Shown here one piece after another: positions 59,083 through 64,000 of a DNA stretch of 64,000 nucleotides (position 1 is its first letter; each line of letters opens with the position of its first letter). Made by a program: the position numbers and the translations under genes. The notes beneath the pieces were generated by a model that saw only the letters and a list, made by a program, of their open reading frames with translations, was not told the origin of the DNA and did no database searches. Source of the DNA: a virus; the IMG/VR virus record IMGVR_UViG_3300033141_005269, positions 1-64,000 of that record; one strand, given 5' to 3'.

Positions 59083-60354
59083 GTGAGAGAAAGGATGTCT
59101 TTTCTAAGGAATTTGGCGAGAAGAAAACCGAGAAAACCTGAGAAATGGGTATATTTAGTGAACAGTGAGTTGTCCAGAGCTTGGGAAATGAGTAAGGGAA
59201 TTGTCAGAAAAAGTAGAATTTCTAGTATTTGGGGAGAGCCATTACGTCATCAAACACGAAAGATTCGAATGGAGAAATATCAAGAATATTATCAGAGCGA
59301 TGGATTAGTTCGTCGAGCGATAGACACGTACGTAAATAGCGCACTGACTGGCTTCCAATTGATTGATTTAGAGTCGGGGCAAAGTGACACCAAAGAAGTT
59401 GAGATATGCAAACAGCTTATGGATAGAATTAATGCGGAAGAAGTTTTAGCTCGAATGTTTGCTGAAGTATTAGTTTTCGGGACCGCTTTTATGGAGCTTG
59501 ATATCCAAAATGGGAAAATCGAAAGAGTTCTGTTTTTGAATCCAAAGGATATGAGGATACATATTGATGAACATGGGCGAATAATTAAGATCAGTCAACG
59601 AAGAACTAGCGAAGAAGGAGAATATCCAACTTGGGAGGGGGAAGAACTTGAGGATATTATTCCAGTGACATGGGATGTAGTTGGGTCTGAGCCATATGGT
59701 CTTGGTTTGATCGAACCTATCGCAGACTTACTCGAAAAGAAAGAAGAAATAGAAAAAGACCTTGCTGTTGTAACTCATTTGTTTGCGCACCCATGGATAC
59801 TCGTGAAAGTTGGAACTGATCAGTACCCGGCGAGCCCTTCCTCTGTAGATTCAGTTCGAAAAGAACTCGAGAATTATAAGCCGGGAAAATATCTAGTGAC
59901 CAGGCATAATGTGAATATTGACATGTTAACGCCAAGGGTGCCTCAAGGTTTGCAGGAGCACTATGATAGAATAGTTGAGAATATAATAGTCGGGCTTGGC
60001 GTGCCGAGGACTTTCCTAGCTGGCGGCGGAAGAGTAACTGGTGGAGCCGAAAGATCACCTTTGCAGGCGCGAATTATTTTCGATAGAAACGTCAGAAGGT
60101 TACAACATCTCGGAGCGTTTGTTTTCGAGGAAAGAATTTTTCCACGAGAGCTCGAACTCGCTGGGCTTGGGAAGAAACAAGTTGTTGGGATGAGATGGAA
60201 TGCTTCCGAATTACCAATCGAATTGTCAGGCAAAGAGTTAACAGAATTGCTTGCTGGTGGAATATTGTCGAAAGAAGAAGCGAGAAGATATTTGCAATCA
60301 AGGGGCGTGCCTATAAGTGAGAAAGGTGAATTTGAAAGTGGGGAAGTTATCTAG
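59083..60354 (+). CDS. Portal protein
   Basis: LVFGTAFME, YGLGLIEP, GLGVP, GGILSKEEAR. Confidence 0.85.
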   Translation: MRERMSFLRNLARRKPRKPEKWVYLVNSELSRAWEMSKGIVRKSRISSIWGEPLRHQTRKIRMEKYQEYYQSDGLVRRAIDTYVNSALTGFQLIDLESGQSDTKEVEICKQLMDRINAEEVLARMFAEVLVFGTAFMELDIQNGKIERVLFLNPKDMRIHIDEHGRIIKISQRRTSEEGEYPTWEGEELEDIIPVTWDVVGSEPYGLGLIEPIADLLEKKEEIEKDLAVVTHLFAHPWILVKVGTDQYPASPSSVDSVRKELENYKPGKYLVTRHNVNIDMLTPRVPQGLQEHYDRIVENIIVGLGVPRTFLAGGGRVTGGAERSPLQARIIFDRNVRRLQHLGAFVFEERIFPRELELAGLGKKQVVGMRWNASELPIELSGKELTELLAGGILSKEEARRYLQSRGVPISEKGEFESGEVI

Positions 60355-60580
60355 AAAATATCCTAATCCGTATCCGAAACCGAAATGCCCATATGCGTTG
60401 ATATGCCCATTTACAAAACCAGATCCGAAACGCTTCGCGGAAGCTTTCCCAAGATACTATGGGAGAAGGTTACGATGTCATTATGTCAACGTGTTTGAAT
60501 GCCCAGTTGAAGATAAATATCCTTCGAGTAAGCGATATGATGAACGCTGGCCATACCCAATATTTTATCGGAGATGGTAG
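60317..60580 (+). CDS. Hypothetical Cys/Pro-rich protein
   Basis: ORF between the portal and ligase genes. Confidence 0.4.
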   Translation: MRKVNLKVGKLSRKYPNPYPKPKCPYALICPFTKPDPKRFAEAFPRYYGRRLRCHYVNVFECPVEDKYPSSKRYDERWPYPIFYRRW

Positions 60581-60583
60581 AGG

Positions 60584-62809
60584 ATGGATTTACCAGTTCG
60601 TCCTGGCATAATGCTAGTGAAGCCACATGCCGAGTTGCTTTGGAAAGGCGAGAAGAAGATCATAATCAAGGCGAAACGATTCGATAAATATAATGACACA
60701 CGGATTTACTGGTTTGATGATGATTACGTTTATGGTATGTTAATACTTGGAAAACCACGCGGACCCATCACTCGAGAAGAGGCAAAGGCACTATCTTCAG
60801 AATCAAGAATTACTGATGAAGAATTCGAGAAATGGTGGCCAGACCAGAAAGAATTCTGGGTGTGGAGACCAAGAATTTTAGTTCGCTTCAAGGAGCCGAT
60901 AAAACATCCAAAGTGGGAAGGCATACAAACCTTCAAGCGTCAAATTGCGCTCAGTGAAAAGCAAGAATACGGTCCTCCATATGCTCCGGTGCCCAGATCG
61001 GGAAAGAAGCTGGGTGAGCTGATAAAACTCAAGGATGTTTTGGACGGCGGTTTCAAGCCCATAGTGTTGCAAGACTTGCTTGTTAATTTGACGGGAGGAC
61101 TGGTTAATACTGGCGAGACGGAAGGCGATGTGGATATACCTTATCGAGCTCCTTCACCTCAACCAATAACTTCTGAAATGGAAAAATTATCCGATTTATT
61201 CGAACAATTACCAGACAGTGAGCTTAAAGGACAGATTAAAGCGGTTGGAGAAAATCTTTTCAGCAAAATTATCGAATATTTAGACTTCTGGGACAACGCG
61301 ATAAGATTTCGTCTTTATAGGTACTTAGAAGGTACACGACCCAAATTGAAAGGGAGACTTCATATCTTTCCAGATTTGCGTGGACCGATAACAAGTTATA
61401 TTCCGTTATATAGCCTAATGCTAGTGCCCATAAAGCCGCTAAAACGAGTGGAGATGAGTGAGATTGATTTAGCCAGAGATGATATCGCTGACAAGATATT
61501 CGAACTGATCAAGACTGGAAAATGGGAGAAAATTAAAGCTGATGAAAGAGTCGAGATGATGAAGAAGCAAAAAGAAATTACTCCTCCTTTACCAATCGTG
61601 CCAACTAAAACATCAAAGGCTGGATATCGAGAACTCGAGTTATTCGAAAAACGCTCGGTTGCTAAGCTTGCCTCAGAATGGCTAAAAGAACATCCTGGAG
61701 CCAAAATTTATACGGAAGTTAAATTCGATGGGATGAGATTAATACTTGTTAAGGATAAGGACAAGGCTTGGATGTGGACAGAGAGCGGGGAGAATGTAGC
61801 TGATGTTTTGCCGAACTTAAGGAAGGACTTACTGTCACTGAATGCGGAAACAGTCTATCTGGATAGTGAAGTCGTGCCATATGATGAAGGAGGACGAGCA
61901 CTCGGTCGAAGAGCAGCAATGGGAGCTATGGGGAAAGGAGAAATTGATGATAGTCACTGGATAGCTCATGTTTTTGACTGTATTTACCTAAATGGATCAC
62001 AGCTTTGGAAGAAACCATATGAAGAAAGAAGGAAAATTTTGCGTGGCATCGAATTGCCGCGAGCTGATGTACCTAAAAGTTTCAAGTTCCATTTGCAAGA
62101 AAATATACCAAGGATCGCGACAAGTCCTGAAGAAGTCATTAAGTTCACAAATGAGGTTTCAGCAATACCATACAGCGAAGGCGCTATGTACAAACTGAGC
62201 GATTCGATATATCCAATTGGAAAGAGGACGCCGAGCTGGGCGAAACTCAAAAAGTTTGCTGATGTAGACGTGCTTGTAGTTGCTAAGTTCGCGAAGACCT
62301 ATAGAACTGGTCCGCAGAAAGGGAAACCGATACCAGGTCAATGGATGCTTGCTGGTGCTGTTGGTCCAGTTGATCCGAAGGATTTGCCGAAAAACGCGAA
62401 AGTTTGGAAACCCAATGAATTAACTCATGACGGCGTGAAGAAGAATAAGCAAGTTTTCGTGAAATGGAACGGAAAGATTTATTCTCTGCTCGGGTTAACT
62501 TTCGCGACCGCGGAGAAAATAAAGCCTGGTGAAATAGTTCGGGTAACGGTACGTTTGATACGAAAGATAAGTCCGGTTGAGTACCACTGGTTGATACCGA
62601 GGGTATTAGAGAAAAGACCAGAAAAGAAGGAACCAGATCCGCTGAGTGTTGTAAGTGCAATTGCGAAGAAAACACAGTATAAAATCGAACGCGAGAAAAA
62701 GATGAGTGAAGAAGAGATTTGGGAGCTATACGAGGGATTAAACGATTATTTGGCGAGTTTAGAACTTAATGAGTTAAACGAAAAGATACCGGAGTTTGAC
62801 GTCGAATGA
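60584..62809 (+). CDS. Multidomain protein with a C-terminal ATP-dependent DNA ligase
   Basis: KFDGMR, LDSE, VFDCIYLNG, EGAMYK, WAKLK; N-terminal ASCH-like and GG..DVD segments. Confidence 0.85.
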   Translation: MDLPVRPGIMLVKPHAELLWKGEKKIIIKAKRFDKYNDTRIYWFDDDYVYGMLILGKPRGPITREEAKALSSESRITDEEFEKWWPDQKEFWVWRPRILVRFKEPIKHPKWEGIQTFKRQIALSEKQEYGPPYAPVPRSGKKLGELIKLKDVLDGGFKPIVLQDLLVNLTGGLVNTGETEGDVDIPYRAPSPQPITSEMEKLSDLFEQLPDSELKGQIKAVGENLFSKIIEYLDFWDNAIRFRLYRYLEGTRPKLKGRLHIFPDLRGPITSYIPLYSLMLVPIKPLKRVEMSEIDLARDDIADKIFELIKTGKWEKIKADERVEMMKKQKEITPPLPIVPTKTSKAGYRELELFEKRSVAKLASEWLKEHPGAKIYTEVKFDGMRLILVKDKDKAWMWTESGENVADVLPNLRKDLLSLNAETVYLDSEVVPYDEGGRALGRRAAMGAMGKGEIDDSHWIAHVFDCIYLNGSQLWKKPYEERRKILRGIELPRADVPKSFKFHLQENIPRIATSPEEVIKFTNEVSAIPYSEGAMYKLSDSIYPIGKRTPSWAKLKKFADVDVLVVAKFAKTYRTGPQKGKPIPGQWMLAGAVGPVDPKDLPKNAKVWKPNELTHDGVKKNKQVFVKWNGKIYSLLGLTFATAEKIKPGEIVRVTVRLIRKISPVEYHWLIPRVLEKRPEKKEPDPLSVVSAIAKKTQYKIEREKKMSEEEIWELYEGLNDYLASLELNELNEKIPEFDVE

Positions 62810-63387
62810 GCGAAGTTGTTAAGAAACGTTTTACTGAATGCGAATGGGTGAAAGATATTCTTGGAAGAAGAAAAGAGTTTCAAGAAACACCATCAGAAAC
62901 CTTGGGCATGAATGGTCCTCTGAAACCACGAGTGAAATTCGCCTTGCAGATAGCTTCGGAAATTACCCCGAAGGGAAAGGCTTTAGATGTTGGTTGCGGA
63001 TCGCAATTGTATTTCGCGCATGGGCTTGAGAAACTTGGGTATGAAGTTTACTGTGTAGATGTTTTGCCAAGACAGTTCGAAAGATTTGTTTTGGCTGACG
63101 CACACAGACTACCATTTCGAAGCAATGTCTTCCATCTGGTGAACTGTGGATCAGTTTTAGAGTACTTATTTTACCCAGAACTTTTCGTTGAAGAAACTTT
63201 TCGAATAACAGATGATGGAGGTTATTTCATTTTGCACGTACCAGAGAAGCCAGATTGGGGCAAATGGCCATTGATCGCTAGAGGATTTACTAGAAACGAG
63301 ATTGAGAGCATGATGAGTGATGCTGGTTTCGAAATAATGGGTTGGAAGAAATTTGGGGAAAATTTAGTTGAGGTGGGGAGAAAGTAA
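62806..63387 (+). CDS. Class I SAM-dependent methyltransferase
   Basis: ALDVGCGS, DAHRLPF. Confidence 0.88.
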   Translation: MSEVVKKRFTECEWVKDILGRRKEFQETPSETLGMNGPLKPRVKFALQIASEITPKGKALDVGCGSQLYFAHGLEKLGYEVYCVDVLPRQFERFVLADAHRLPFRSNVFHLVNCGSVLEYLFYPELFVEETFRITDDGGYFILHVPEKPDWGKWPLIARGFTRNEIESMMSDAGFEIMGWKKFGENLVEVGRK

Positions 63388-64000
63388 TGCCAATACTTCA
63401 TTTCCTTGGGACAAGAGGCGAAATTCAAGAAACTCGAAGCGGGCATGAAAAACATTCTGGATTACTTATTAAGTACTATAAGGAACGGATTTTATTTGAT
63501 TGTGGAGAACCAGAGTTTTTGAAGGAAAATCCGAATTATATCTTCTTAACTCATGCTCATCCAGATCACGCTGCTGGTTTGAACGGTGAAAAGGGAGAAG
63601 GTACAAAAATTCCAGTTTATTGCACTGAAGAAACTCGAAATCTGTTAGAAGAAGCTAAAGTAAAGGTTCGTTACTGGCGCGAAATAAAACCTCAAAAAAC
63701 GATAAAACTTGGATCGTTTAGGATAACTGCTTTTCGAGTTTTGCATAGCATAAAAGCTCCAGCAGTTTGTTTCAAAATCGAGGTTGGTAGAAAAACTTTC
63801 CTTTACGCGCCAGATGTCATTAAAATACTCGATGAAAGCGCTTATGATAATGTGCAAGTTTACATCGCTGATGGATCGAGTTTAGATCGAGATTTGATTA
63901 GAAAGAAGAACAAGAAGATATTTGGGCACGCGAGCTTGAAAAGTCAAATAACTGAAATCAGAAAGCATAAAATCCCAGAGATGATAATTACTCATTGGGG
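63387..64000 (+). CDS. MBL-fold metallo-hydrolase, truncated by the window end
   Basis: Manual translation: FLGTRG, LFDCG, THAHPDH, VLHS, YAPD, GHAS. Confidence 0.85.
   Translation, partial: MPILHFLGTRGEIQETRSGHEKHSGLLIKYYKERILFDCGEPEFLKENPNYIFLTHAHPDHAAGLNGEKGEGTKIPVYCTEETRNLLEEAKVKVRYWREIKPQKTIKLGSFRITAFRVLHSIKAPAVCFKIEVGRKTFLYAPDVIKILDESAYDNVQVYIADGSSLDRDLIRKKNKKIFGHASLKSQITEIRKHKIPEMIITHW

Larger units (their letters stand above)
1..64000. mobile_element. Segment of a tailed archaeal virus or provirus genome
   Basis: Terminase, portal, tape measure and tail genes occur with archaeal-type genes (Alba, AEP primase, RadA-like, ERCC4), TATA-like promoters and BHB motifs. No housekeeping operons are present. 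Confidence 0.9.

Noticed and set aside
1-64000. CRISPR array, tRNA/rRNA, integrase, major capsid protein
   Set aside because: None was recognised by eye; they may lie outside the window or be too divergent.

Overview
The window is a 64-kb segment of a tailed archaeal virus genome (Caudoviricetes-like). It contains a tail module, terminase, portal, primase, a RadA-like ATPase, an ERCC4 nuclease, RNA and DNA ligases, an Alba chromatin protein, many glycan-modifying genes and a ~23-kb minus-strand array of small ORFs. No major capsid gene is recognisable. The main result is six bulge-helix-bulge (BHB, tRNA-type) introns inside viral protein-coding genes. Four lie in a MoxR-like AAA+ ATPase: three encode LAGLIDADG endonucleases and one is only 22 nt. 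One endonuclease-encoding intron lies in the adjacent HExxH/VWA gene. A 31-nt intron lies in a tail-tube gene that the ORF track misses. At every junction, cutting after the second nucleotide of each 3-nt bulge restores the reading frame and family-typical protein sequence. Other signals: an endonuclease ORF that would close only on the circularised intron, a free-standing endonuclease sharing its first 8 residues with the spliced tail gene, an intein in a tail protein, a +1 frameshift site, large structured RNA candidates and a short motif ending many small proteins. All calls come from reading the sequence by eye; no searches or folding programs were run.
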